From positions 26,802,871 to 26,866,870 of the forward strand of contig NC_092676.1 in NCBI RefSeq assembly GCF_964355755.1: 64,000 bases of DNA, read 5' to 3'. Source of the DNA: Antedon mediterranea (Eukaryota > Animalia > Echinodermata). This document shows, one piece after another, positions 63,702-64,000 of the stretch. The notes under the pieces were generated by a model, which saw only the letters and a list, made by a program, of their open reading frames with translations, was not told the DNA's origin and did not search any database. The position numbers and the translations under genes are program-made. Every line of letters starts with the position of its first letter. The stretch's first letter is position 1.

Positions 63702-64000
63702 TTCTACGATTTTTTCGAAAGTTTTTGAAAAGATTATCCATAATCAATTATACAATTATCTTACAAAATGTAAAGTGTTAAGCAACAATCAATATGGATT
63801 TAGAAACAAACACTCAACTTCTCATGCTATGATTGACTTGGTCCATAAAATATTAAATGCATTTGAAAAAAAGGAATATGCACTTACTACCTTTATGGAT
63901 TTGTCAAAAGCGTTTGACATTATCGATCACACAGTATTCTGTTGAGCAAATTGGCGCATTATGGTATAAGAGGCATCGTTTTAATGTGGTTTAGAAACTA
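63702..64000 (+). mobile_element. CR1/L2-group LINE RT fragment (frameshifted, runs off window), inserted into a HINE
   Basis: FSKVFEKII...NNQYGFRNKHSTSHAM...FMDLSKAFDIIDH, then after a frameshift LSKLAHYGIRG...WFRN. Confidence 0.85.

Overview
AT-rich, intron-containing animal genomic DNA. The SINE families and gene content suggest a marine invertebrate deuterostome, possibly an echinoderm (inference). The one well-supported host gene is a minus-strand ESE-subfamily (ELF3/EHF/ELF5-like) ETS transcription factor. It has 7 phase-consistent coding exons (40323..36921, about 369 aa), an AT-hook and an ETS domain, no recognisable PNT domain, and a promoter-like region near 41.9-42.3 kb. The left ~27 kb carries heavily decayed minus-strand fragments resembling Ig, FN3 and TM exons of nephrin-like receptors (tentative). 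The rest is dense in repeats: a young 5'-truncated Rex1/Babar LINE with an open RT frame, CR1/L2 and RTE fragments, Deu/Nin-type SINEs (one abutting a deleted 5S rRNA copy), Kolobok-, Harbinger- and Academ-like MITEs, Helentron-associated (HINE/DINE-1-like) elements, minisatellites and local duplications. A Penelope-like pseudo-LTR family is also present, one copy of which carries a minimal hammerhead ribozyme inside a (TA)n tract. All calls were made by eye, and no searches were run.
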